A stretch of DNA of 55,926 nt from a virus (taxonomy: Duplodnaviria > Caudoviricetes): the IMG/VR virus record IMGVR_UViG_3300017971_001822, positions 1 to 55,926 of that record; one strand, 5' to 3'. The notes under the pieces were generated by a model. That model saw only the letters and a program-made list of their open reading frames with translations, had not been told where the DNA came from and did no database searches. Below are positions 45,824-53,650 of this stretch, piece by piece. The position numbers and the translations under genes are program-made. How positions within the stretch are numbered: the stretch's first letter is position 1; every line of letters begins with the position of its first letter.

Positions 45824-46766
45824 AAAACTCTCCTGATTTTACTATGTTCGCGTGATTATCTGCCCACTCTCTAACATCGTCCATCCAGTCTTTCTCTCCC
45901 TTGACAAGTTTCCCAGAATCTTCCCAACGGAAAGTGTTCTCGACTGGATCGTAGACGACGTACTCATTTTTCTTGTCATGCCAATACCATACTACTCCGT
46001 TGGCTGTATAGATATCTAAATCTATGAAGTCATCATCTTCGTCGACGACCACTTTGCCGTCTGCAAGGTCTATGACCGCTTTGTCCGTCAGATTGGCTAT
46101 CTCTTCGTCGCTATATCCCATCCTCGCCAGTTCAGCTTGCGGATCCTTGTATGTTTTCATAGTTTGAAATCTATCGCAATAATCATTTGAGTAAGGAGTG
46201 AATGTTTCTATCTTCGTGGCTGAGAAACCAGCGATTTTACATTCTATAACCTTCTCGTCGTACTCTTTCTCCCATTCATCTTTGTTCGTGCCGTTGAATG
46301 GAATAGAATAGTCTATCTGAACGTCAAGTTTAGACTCAAATCCGGGGCCGACATTAAACTTGATTCTGCAATAGTCCTTGCCGCCTTCTGCAAGAATATA
46401 CATGATCGACCAGTGCGGATGACCGAAGTTCTTGACGAAGTTCTCCTCGTCCGTCTTCGATGGCTTTGGGCAGTCGCCCGGATGCGTATGTATCCAGATG
46501 TTGCCAGTTTGCCATGGGGCTAGACCGACATCTAGCATCTTTTCGGCAAACAAGCCAGAGTCCTCTTCATCTAGTTCGACTGACGCCATAGTACACTCCT
46601 GCTTGACCAAGGCGAAGTCGGTGACGAGCATCGGATCTTCAGTGCCGGTGATCCCATACCCTCCCACTTCTGTCTCGCCAACGTCTCTCATAAAGAGAAG
46701 TTTCGCGTAGGCATACGGAGTGAATCGTAGGATTGGATCAGATTTGATTGGTTTCTTGTATTCCAT
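45807..46766 (-). CDS. JAB/JAMM metallo-isopeptidase
   Basis: TEVGG plus HTHPGDCPKPSKTD = canonical E...HxH-x7-S-x2-D. Confidence 0.85.
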   Translation of the reverse strand: MEYKKPIKSDPILRFTPYAYAKLLFMRDVGETEVGGYGITGTEDPMLVTDFALVKQECTMASVELDEEDSGLFAEKMLDVGLAPWQTGNIWIHTHPGDCPKPSKTDEENFVKNFGHPHWSIMYILAEGGKDYCRIKFNVGPGFESKLDVQIDYSIPFNGTNKDEWEKEYDEKVIECKIAGFSATKIETFTPYSNDYCDRFQTMKTYKDPQAELARMGYSDEEIANLTDKAVIDLADGKVVVDEDDDFIDLDIYTANGVVWYWHDKKNEYVVYDPVENTFRWEDSGKLVKGEKDWMDDVREWADNHANIVKSGEFYEQSR

Positions 46767-48051
46767 CTTGTTCTCCGTTTAAGGTTAGTAGACATTCGTG
46801 CCCGCAGTTCCCGCAGGTTGTTTCCCCGCACCCGCCGCACTTTTTGAGACATTCTGCTTTGCACAAGGTTTCACCGCATTCTTCGCATTGACTAATGCAA
46901 TCAGAACAGAGATGTAAATCGGTACATTCATTACACTTTTTAGTACAGTTATTGCATACGATACTTTGACAGTCTTCGCACTTATCTCTGCACTTGTCGC
47001 AAATATCGTCTCCGCATTCGGAACACGACTCTATGCAAGATTCGCAATATTCTTCTTTACATAGGTCGCACGCCTTCACGCACGATTCGCAATGAGTTCC
47101 TCCACAGTAGTAGCAAGATTTCTCACACGATTCGCACACCATACCTCCACATTCGTTGCACGACTGGGCACAGCCCGAATGGAAGATCTCGTCACACGAA
47201 TTACATTTTACTGAACAGTGGCAACACACCCAATCGCCACATTTGCTACATTCATCCATATTGTCGTAGTGATACCAATGGTCACAACTCTCACAATACC
47301 TCTCGTCTTCGCTACCTTGGTCTCCGAACCAATTTTCCAGAGCCACATGCGGAGACTGATCGTTATAGTTGTGTAGAATCGTGTCGATGGTTGTGAACAC
47401 GCTTTCCAGACGACCTTGGTACATTGCTGCTAAAGCAATTTCATCACCATCTCCGAAACACAATACCCCGTCACTTACATGAGGATGTGTGACATAATCG
47501 TTCTCTGCTGCCGGATGTGGATCAAGAGCTTCGATCCATACTAGGACAGACAGCCCGCAGGAAATATCTTTCGACAAGTCCATGTTTATTTGGAACGAGC
47601 CTAGATATACCTCATCGCAATCTCCCCAAAGAGATATTGAGTCAGTCTTTACGCTTAGTACGTTGTTTCTGTACTCGGCTCCACCGAAGAACTTATCTAT
47701 GGCTTTTATCTCATAGAATATTTCCCTGACACTTGGCTCAACCATCTCCTCTCTGGTCTTGCCTTCTATGAGATTTTTAACCATTGCAAGATCTAGGTTT
47801 GCACGCCGACATTGGTCTGTAAGCATGCTGTCCTTGAGATGTTGCTCGGCGACTCTCATACCTTTTCGCTGGCAGTCCAGAGTTTTTCGACACCACTTTT
47901 CAAGTTCTTCGAGCCTTTGTCTTGTTTTGTCGGCGTAGAAGACGATGGTTTCTGTTTCTTTATCTTTCGCCTTCTGTATGCCTCTTACGAGCGTGTCGCA
48001 AAAGGCAGACGCCGCTCGATACATTTGTTTTTCTGTCATCGTTCGCTCCAT
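46738..48051 (-). CDS. E2 (UBC-fold)-like conjugating enzyme with N-terminal coiled coil and long Cys-rich C-terminal repeat
   Basis: LGSFQI...HPHVSDGVLCFG matches UBC HPN(I/V)xxxGxIC; about 170-aa tail of CxxC pairs with about 15-aa period. Confidence 0.72.
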   Translation of the reverse strand: MERTMTEKQMYRAASAFCDTLVRGIQKAKDKETETIVFYADKTRQRLEELEKWCRKTLDCQRKGMRVAEQHLKDSMLTDQCRRANLDLAMVKNLIEGKTREEMVEPSVREIFYEIKAIDKFFGGAEYRNNVLSVKTDSISLWGDCDEVYLGSFQINMDLSKDISCGLSVLVWIEALDPHPAAENDYVTHPHVSDGVLCFGDGDEIALAAMYQGRLESVFTTIDTILHNYNDQSPHVALENWFGDQGSEDERYCESCDHWYHYDNMDECSKCGDWVCCHCSVKCNSCDEIFHSGCAQSCNECGGMVCESCEKSCYYCGGTHCESCVKACDLCKEEYCESCIESCSECGDDICDKCRDKCEDCQSIVCNNCTKKCNECTDLHLCSDCISQCEECGETLCKAECLKKCGGCGETTCGNCGHECLLTLNGEQDGIQETNQI

Positions 48052-48059
48052 AGGAAATA

Positions 48060-48083
48060 GGGGAGCGGCTTCCGCCGCCCCCC
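48060..48083 (-). terminator. GC-rich hairpin between Ubl and E2 (terminator/attenuator or mRNA stabiliser)
   Basis: Minus strand GGGGGGCGGC-GGAA-GCCGCUCCCC (10-bp stem, GNRA loop, one G-U pair) followed by UAUUU. Confidence 0.6.
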
Positions 48084-48093
48084 GGAGAGAGAA

Positions 48094-48336
48094 CTAGCAG
48101 ACAGCCCCATCGACCTTCTTCGGACTCAGCGTAACACGCATGTTGTCGTGCAGAGGGGTGTCGAGATTGCTGATCTGCTCGGAGTCGCCATTGGGATACC
48201 GCAGACTTACGGTGAAATCATAGGTATCGCCGCCAAAGTGATTTTGGAGGAACTCGGCGACAGAGACGCCATCTTCCGTCGTGATACGACGGGGCAGACC
48301 GCTACCGTCATTGGTAGCAAGAGTTACATTAATCAT
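48094..48336 (-). CDS. Ubiquitin-like (beta-grasp, ThiS/MoaD-like) protein with capped C-terminal Gly
   Basis: 80 aa; beta-beta-alpha-beta-beta pattern, LHDNMRVTLSPKKVDG-AVC tail; first gene of the E2-JAB-E1 operon. Confidence 0.75.
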   Translation of the reverse strand: MINVTLATNDGSGLPRRITTEDGVSVAEFLQNHFGGDTYDFTVSLRYPNGDSEQISNLDTPLHDNMRVTLSPKKVDGAVC

Positions 48337-48386
48337 ACCTTTGCTCCTGTAATAGAGGTGAAGGGATAGACAGTCACGTTAACTGT

Positions 48387-48596
48387 CTATAAAAGTTCCC
48401 GCATTCGTACAACATCCCTGAGAGAGACAGACTCCATCTCGATTTCGCTTTCCCATCGCCCGGTCTTCGGGTTTTCCTTGGGAACCTTCCAAGATACAGT
48501 CATCGCCTTCTCGCCTATCGAGACAATTTGACACAAGGCAAAATACGCCTTCCTCGTGAGCAACTCAACTTCAGAGCCCTTCTGGATCATAGTCAT
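48387..48596 (-). CDS. Hypothetical small beta-rich protein
   Basis: GGAG RBS; tiles. Confidence 0.5.
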   Translation of the reverse strand: MTMIQKGSEVELLTRKAYFALCQIVSIGEKAMTVSWKVPKENPKTGRWESEIEMESVSLRDVVRMRELL

Positions 48597-48858
48597 CTCC
48601 CTCTGCTTGTGCGTCAAGCATTCTTCTTAGGTATCCGTTTTCTCTTCGTGTTGCCTCAAGATCAAACAGAATATACTTAATTGACAACCGAAGGAAGTCG
48701 ATTGAATCTTGTAGAGCACTTACCGTTTCCTTCAGTTCTTTGTGGCGACTTTTAGTCTCTTTCGCCAACTGTTCGAGCTTTGCTCTTTCGGACTGCGGTA
48801 GTGATCCAATCTCTTGAACTAGCTCCGCTAGTTTACGTTGAAATTCTTCTTCTTTCAT
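48571..48858 (-). CDS. Planctomycete-type conserved coiled-coil protein (FDLEATRRE motif)
   Basis: EFQ.KL.EL..EI..LP..ER.KL..LA.ET..RH...LQ.S.D.LRL.IKY..FDLEATRREN.YLR.ML; recalled as a conserved Planctomycetota protein. Confidence 0.7.
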   Translation of the reverse strand: MKEEEFQRKLAELVQEIGSLPQSERAKLEQLAKETKSRHKELKETVSALQDSIDFLRLSIKYILFDLEATRRENGYLRRMLDAQAEGDDYDPEGL

Positions 48859-48973
48859 TTTATTTCCTACCACAAGGCTAGAGTAACCAGCACCGTTAGT
48901 GCTGCTGTTTTTGGAAGGCCAGACAGACGATGTATCGTCGGCATGACCAGTAAGATGAATATTACGCCCATAG

Positions 48974-49195
48974 CTATCTCCTGCTTCTACGTTTGCTTGT
49001 TCCGAATAAGCCAGATAGATAGGCTGTGATTAGTACGCACGAGACAACAAAGAGACAAAATGCTCCAGAGATCCAGATAGGAGAAAGCACCCACCACCAA
49101 GACCAGTCGATCTTGTCTATTAGTTTCAGCGTGATGAAGACAAGGGTCAATAGTCCTACAAATCCGATACCTCCAGAACTGTTTGAATCAGCCAT
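48974..49195 (-). CDS. Small phage membrane protein
   Basis: GGIGF.GLL.L.FI.LKL...IDWSWWWVLSP.W signature. Confidence 0.75.
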   Translation of the reverse strand: MADSNSSGGIGFVGLLTLVFITLKLIDKIDWSWWWVLSPIWISGAFCLFVVSCVLITAYLSGLFGTSKRRSRR

Positions 49196-49205
49196 TTTAA
49201 ATCTC

Positions 49206-49457
49206 CTAATAGTAGTTTGTATTTCTTTTCTGTTTAGTTAAGTCTGGGCGATCATCTGTGATCTCCCATTCCTTGGTTTCGCAGTTAAGACGGAAGCTGC
49301 CGTAGTTGCGCCTTGGGATAGATCTAATAATCCACAGTGCTTCGGCAAAGTCGTCTGATACAGACAATACGAGCTTCGCTAATCTTTTGGCGTGCGATTG
49401 AGGTAGATTTGGGAACACTCGCCGTATCTCGACTACAATTATCTCTATGTCTGTCAT
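49206..49457 (-). CDS. Hypothetical protein
   Basis: GGAG RBS; tiles. Confidence 0.5.
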   Translation of the reverse strand: MTDIEIIVVEIRRVFPNLPQSHAKRLAKLVLSVSDDFAEALWIIRSIPRRNYGSFRLNCETKEWEITDDRPDLTKQKRNTNYY

Positions 49458-49479
49458 GTCGATCTCCCAAAATGCGCAA

Positions 49480-49588
49480 AGTCAAGGGGCACGGCACAGG
49501 AGACTGTGAAGGCGCGATGTTTTCTGCTCTCGGAGGAATTCAAAAAAGAGCGAAAACCGACACAATCCCCTATGTCATGCCCCAGACT
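49480..49588 (-). ncRNA. Candidate structured RNA (about 110-nt rod-like hairpin)
   Basis: Fills an intergenic gap; 23-position outer stem with four G-U pairs and one mismatch that pair only on the minus strand, plus an inner 11-bp stem. Confidence 0.55.
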
Positions 49589-49595
49589 ATAGCCA

Positions 49596-49967
49596 CTATT
49601 CTTCTTCGTTAGTTTCTACGCATGCCCTAATGTTCAGGAAACAGAAAGGCACTTTGATTGCTTTGGGCAGGATGCCCTTCATCCGCTCCGCGCCGCCCGG
49701 ATTTGCGCTGTGAATGACTATGTATGCGTCTTCATTATTCGTTCCAACGATTGCTTTTGCTACCTGATAGCCAGTGTTCCAATAGTCCGAATCCACCATC
49801 TGTTGACCGCCCAGATCGTGATCCAGAAAGATTATATCATACTGCTTTCTCTTGACTAGATCAATCCCAGACGTTGCATCGGTTGCGAAATCAATCTGGT
49901 GTCCGACGAGTTCCTGCGAGAATCTGGCTATCCTCGCATCGTTGTCTTCAACAACTAGGATTTTCAT
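49596..49967 (-). CDS. Receiver-fold protein of the cyclic-phosphate-processing type
   Basis: ILVVED...R, IFLDHDLG, TGY, IHSANP.G..RM; DHDL and HSxN motifs distinguish it from ordinary response regulators. Confidence 0.75.
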   Translation of the reverse strand: MKILVVEDNDARIARFSQELVGHQIDFATDATSGIDLVKRKQYDIIFLDHDLGGQQMVDSDYWNTGYQVAKAIVGTNNEDAYIVIHSANPGGAERMKGILPKAIKVPFCFLNIRACVETNEEE

Positions 49968-50256
49968 CGTTTTCTCCTGACAGGTAGTCCATGGCTTCTT
50001 TGACCGTCATGCGATTGGCCTTGATTTCCTGTTTGACGTACTCGAATTTCAGACGGCTATCTGGCCGCAGATCCAGTTCGAGCGTTTCGTCAACTGCTTT
50101 CAGGAAATACTTTGGTTTTAGTTGTCGCAGCGCCAGTATTTTTGACTGATTCGAAAACAGAGGATTGCTGGAGATATCCAGCAGCCTCATTTGGTCTGCG
50201 TGCAACTTAGCCGCTCGCTCTTTGTCTCTTTTCTTGTTTTTTCTCTTTTTGGGCAT
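49948..50256 (-). CDS. Basic hypothetical protein
   Basis: Tiles on the minus strand. Confidence 0.5.
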   Translation of the reverse strand: MPKKRKNKKRDKERAAKLHADQMRLLDISSNPLFSNQSKILALRQLKPKYFLKAVDETLELDLRPDSRLKFEYVKQEIKANRMTVKEAMDYLSGENDENPSC

Positions 50257-50507
50257 TATGACTCCAGCGTGATGCTATTAACGAGTTCCAGACCGTCCAA
50301 ATCATTCAAGTCGGCGTAGAGGCTTACTCGTCCAGTTTCGAGATCAACGGCCACGAGAGACTGGGTCAGCTTGTCTCTTGGGACAAGGCTGGCAATATTC
50401 CCGGCGAGTTCTACTACCATAAATACTCTTCCATCGCACGAATCCGTAATTATATCGCCGGGCTTGAATTTGTATTCTGTTGCAAGCTTTACGTTTTTGA
50501 CTTTCAT
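50256..50507 (-). CDS. Hypothetical protein (SH3/KOW-like FKPGD start)
   Basis: GGAGG RBS before ATG 50507. Confidence 0.5.
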   Translation of the reverse strand: MKVKNVKLATEYKFKPGDIITDSCDGRVFMVVELAGNIASLVPRDKLTQSLVAVDLETGRVSLYADLNDLDGLELVNSITLES

Positions 50508-50857
50508 TAGTCGTCCTCCACGCAAGAGCCATCATCGTTGTGCGTTATGTGATGACAGCCGCATCCCTTGCAGAATCTTTTGTCTTCGACAAATCCATCG
50601 CACCCACAACCATGCATCATACATGAGCCGTCATCGGCACAATGCCAGTCTCTCGAACAGCCACACTCACAAATCGGCTCGACATCTGTCAGTCGAAAAA
50701 TATCCAGCCATTCCTTCCCGCAATCGACACATGAGGTGCGCGCCTCTACCCTATCCTCTTCGTCTTGCATTTTGCCGGGAACGATGTTGTCCGATCCGCA
50801 ATATGGACAATGTACGCCACCGCCTTCAAGATATTTCGCCTTTTGTTCTTCAGTCAT
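50507..50857 (-). CDS. Cys-rich Zn-binding hypothetical protein
   Basis: CPYCG...CVDC...W plus CECG..H..C..C.C repeats. Confidence 0.6.
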   Translation of the reverse strand: MTEEQKAKYLEGGGVHCPYCGSDNIVPGKMQDEEDRVEARTSCVDCGKEWLDIFRLTDVEPICECGCSRDWHCADDGSCMMHGCGCDGFVEDKRFCKGCGCHHITHNDDGSCVEDD

Positions 50858-51221
50858 CTTTGACTCCTAATGTATGTTTTATATCTCTGAATCTGTAACC
50901 GTCATTGATCAACCGAGCGAGTTCGCTGATGATCCTTTGCCTTTCAGACTCCTCCAAAGGCTTGTATGGTTTGATGCCGCCCACTGGCTCTATCCTTCCA
51001 CGTCCAGCACAGGCATAGCACATCTCTTCTTCATCCTCGTCGCTTGTGATGATATCTCCGAAGCCGCCGCACTCTGGGCACGTCACGACTTTGGCTTTCA
51101 TGTTTCCTTCATACAAACATAAGCCACCCACGTCGCCGCCGCAGCATTCAACGATCATGGCCTGACCATTTTCGTCGGGCTTAAATCCGATACAATCGCA
51201 CGAATACTTGACAAGTTCCAT
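50850..51221 (-). CDS. Hypothetical protein with DnaJ-type CxxCxGxG zinc finger
   Basis: CPECGGFG...CYACAGRG; AAGGAG RBS. Confidence 0.6.
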   Translation of the reverse strand: MELVKYSCDCIGFKPDENGQAMIVECCGGDVGGLCLYEGNMKAKVVTCPECGGFGDIITSDEDEEEMCYACAGRGRIEPVGGIKPYKPLEESERQRIISELARLINDGYRFRDIKHTLGVKDD

Positions 51222-51230
51222 GACAACTCC

Positions 51231-51782
51231 TTATCCAAAGATCTGTCTAAGCTGATCATCTCGCCGCTTCTTCGCGTTTGATTCCCAATCACCAGCAAGC
51301 GTCGTTTTCCTCTGGAAGCTACCCGCTTTCTGAAAACTGCCGACATGGGTAATTCTGGTTTGGCCTCTTGTGTTTTTCCCTCTCATTTTGACAAAGGCAT
51401 CCCAGACATCTATGTGATCTTGGCGAGACAACTGATCCATTATCGCATCCGCCCAAATATCTAGGACTTCTTCGTGAACAGATGAGCCAATGCCGCGAGT
51501 ATAATACTCGAATTGGTCGAGAACTTGATCTACCCCGAAGTCTGTTAGATCGTTGTCCAAGAATGCGCCGACAATCTCGCCGTCAGACAGAGTGATTCTA
51601 TCTTGGCAGTCTTGTCTGTAATAGCAATGATTGTAATAGTCGTCCTCTGTCTGTTGGCCGCAGTAGGGGCCTTTCGGCGTGAATCCTTGCGAGATAAGAT
51701 GAAAATCTGCACATTTCTCACAAATCCACAAGTTGTTGTAGAGATAGAGGTTCATGGTAGCTCCTTTAGCCTTGAATGTCAC
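51231..51782 (-). CDS. Hypothetical protein
   Basis: Tiles; likely start at MNLYLY after AAGGAG. Confidence 0.55.
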   Translation of the reverse strand: MTFKAKGATMNLYLYNNLWICEKCADFHLISQGFTPKGPYCGQQTEDDYYNHCYYRQDCQDRITLSDGEIVGAFLDNDLTDFGVDQVLDQFEYYTRGIGSSVHEEVLDIWADAIMDQLSRQDHIDVWDAFVKMRGKNTRGQTRITHVGSFQKAGSFQRKTTLAGDWESNAKKRRDDQLRQIFG

Positions 51783-52044
51783 ATTTCTCCTGAGCAGACG
51801 CGATTACGTTAAGAAAGATCTCGCCGAGACAACTGTCGGGATGTCTCCAATCTCGATAAGCCTTGAGACCGCCCTTAATCACATCCCACATCACCTTGAC
51901 CGCAGATTCGTGGTCTGGCAATTGCTCGCTGATGTAATGCATATTCGGGCCGACAACCATCACATGAGAGCCAGCGGCATCTGTCGCCGCCGTGATTTTG
52001 ATTTCGTCTACCTTTGTTTGCATGGATAAGCTCCTCTGACCCAC
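51766..52044 (-). CDS. Hypothetical protein
   Basis: Tiles; likely start at MQTKVD. Confidence 0.5.
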   Translation of the reverse strand: MGQRSLSMQTKVDEIKITAATDAAGSHVMVVGPNMHYISEQLPDHESAVKVMWDVIKGGLKAYRDWRHPDSCLGEIFLNVIASAQEKCDIQG

Positions 52045-52205
52045 CAGCCAGTTATCTGACTAACGGGGATTGTGAATGAGATGAAAGCCAAATGCGCAAG
52101 GGCATGCCATTCTGGAGCCACCTTGCAGATGACTACCAGACTTGTGTACCACAGAATGATCCAGCACCCCATAAGGAATGCGTGTACGACAAGATTGTAT
52201 AACAT
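52008..52205 (-). CDS. Small membrane protein
   Basis: Two hydrophobic stretches; AGGAG RBS. Confidence 0.5.
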   Translation of the reverse strand: MLYNLVVHAFLMGCWIILWYTSLVVICKVAPEWHALAHLAFISFTIPVSQITGWWVRGAYPCKQR

Positions 52206-52206
52206 A

Positions 52207-52476
52207 TCAGTCTCCTGAATTTCGTTCGTCCCAGTATTTGGACGGATTCAACATATATTCCTCAGCGTTATGAAAGCCGGGGACTTGATCTCTGACGTCT
52301 ACGCTGTGCGCATCCGTGATAGTCCTGCTAGCGTAGCTGTCGACGTTTTGTGGGAGTCCCCTCTTTTGTCGTTGGCGACTTTTGATGTTGGCCAGCGCAA
52401 CTTCGCAGTCATGTATATTACCCGAAAAGACGTGTTCGGTGACGACAGTCGTCGTCTCGATAATCCTGACTACCAT
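52207..52476 (-). CDS. Hypothetical protein
   Basis: AAGGAG RBS; tiles. Confidence 0.55.
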   Translation of the reverse strand: MVVRIIETTTVVTEHVFSGNIHDCEVALANIKSRQRQKRGLPQNVDSYASRTITDAHSVDVRDQVPGFHNAEEYMLNPSKYWDERNSGD

Positions 52477-52479
52477 ATT

Positions 52480-52752
52480 TTACTCCTTCTTTACTATGAT
52501 CTCGCCACAATGGGGGCACTGTTCGTGTTTCTCACAACAGTCTTCGCAGTATGTGTTATTGTCTGCCTTTACCATGCTGTCGTCGCTGACCCATTCGTCG
52601 CAGATTGCACATCGGTTGAAGTAGCCACCTTCTAGGCCAGACTCCATGCATTCTCGCAGATCATCTTCTTTTGTTGTGTTAACGACTAACAGTTCAGTGT
52701 CGTTCCCATCTTCGTCAATCGAGACAATTTTGTACCTCTTTAGCTCTAGCAT
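52480..52752 (-). CDS. Zn-finger hypothetical protein
   Basis: CAIC...CEDC...CPHC. Confidence 0.55.
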   Translation of the reverse strand: MLELKRYKIVSIDEDGNDTELLVVNTTKEDDLRECMESGLEGGYFNRCAICDEWVSDDSMVKADNNTYCEDCCEKHEQCPHCGEIIVKKE

Positions 52753-53344
52753 CCCAAGCTCTCCTTTCGGCTTCGATGACCCCGCTTAGTCTGGGGACTA
52801 TAATTGTTTTCGCATCTTCTCTGTACGACCTTTCGTCTTCCTTTCGAAGTTCTTCTTCGACTTTCCTCAACACAGGCCCGATTGGTTCTCCGAGAGGAAC
52901 GATTATTCCGCGATTCCAACTAATTTTATATCTTCTGACAATACGGAATTCTGTTACCAATCCCCAGTCGATGTCTTTCTCTGCCCATTCCTCGTCATCC
53001 GCCTTTTGTTCTGCTTCCGCCTCTCTTTTGCTCCGCAGCGCGTCAAACAGACTAGCCCAGTGACATGTCCCACCGGCTTGAGTCCATTCGGACGTGTGCT
53101 CTGCGCTGACAGTCCTATTTTGGACTTCCCAAGTTGGCCAGTACACAGAATTGCGCCTGTCGTACCAACTGCGATCCTCTTCCCATTCTTGTTCGCCTTT
53201 CCATTCGAGCCCGCAGACGGGACATAATTTCCATCCGTCCATGCCGCTGCGCAGTTCCCAATCCGCCATGCACCAAAGACACTGGTAGATGCAACACCCG
53301 TCGTCTGTGTATCTGACGTAACGCCAATAAGGAAATTTTGGCAT
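52715..53344 (-). CDS. Trp-rich hypothetical protein with zinc ribbon
   Basis: CLWC...CPVC; AAGGAG RBS. Confidence 0.6.
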   Translation of the reverse strand: MPKFPYWRYVRYTDDGCCIYQCLWCMADWELRSGMDGWKLCPVCGLEWKGEQEWEEDRSWYDRRNSVYWPTWEVQNRTVSAEHTSEWTQAGGTCHWASLFDALRSKREAEAEQKADDEEWAEKDIDWGLVTEFRIVRRYKISWNRGIIVPLGEPIGPVLRKVEEELRKEDERSYREDAKTIIVPRLSGVIEAERRAWDARAKEVQNCLD

Positions 53345-53347
53345 TGC

Positions 53348-53650
53348 TTACTCCTTAAGGTATCTGAGATATATTCCAACGGCGGTTTCGACACCTTCGA
53401 TGTACGCTGGACTGGAGATATCGATGCCAGCGCGAGCATGAGCCAGTATCGTTGATTCTATACCGTCGACTGCTGCATTGTAGTATCTTCGATTGCCATG
53501 TTCCACTTCATCTACATCCCAGTCTAGCTCGCCATCGTCTATTGTCAAGTCGGAACAAATACTGCCGCTATTGTCGTCCTCGACTTTTACAACGATTCCG
53601 AAGCATGGTAGTTTAATGGTCATGGTTTTCTCCTTAATCGTAATTTCCAT
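53348..53650 (-). CDS. Hypothetical phage protein
   Basis: AVDGIES.ILAHA.AGID.....Y.EG.ETAV; tiles. Confidence 0.6.
   Translation of the reverse strand: MEITIKEKTMTIKLPCFGIVVKVEDDNSGSICSDLTIDDGELDWDVDEVEHGNRRYYNAAVDGIESTILAHARAGIDISSPAYIEGVETAVGIYLRYLKE

Noticed and set aside
45161-48336. Thiamine or molybdopterin biosynthesis (ThiF-ThiS / MoeB-MoaD)
   Set aside because: No ThiG, MoaE or cysteine desulfurase nearby; the E2-like and JAB genes between Ubl and E1 favour conjugation.
36442-49485. Shared 12-mer GCGCAAAGTCAA in two intergenic regions (near 36442 and 49474)
   Set aside because: Chance 12-mer matches are common in 56 kb, and no good -10 follows the TTGACT in either copy.
49831-49860. 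Sixth copy of the promoter motif
   Set aside because: TGATATAAT is present but inside a CDS (YDII codons) and lacks GTAGAAA at the 14-bp spacing.
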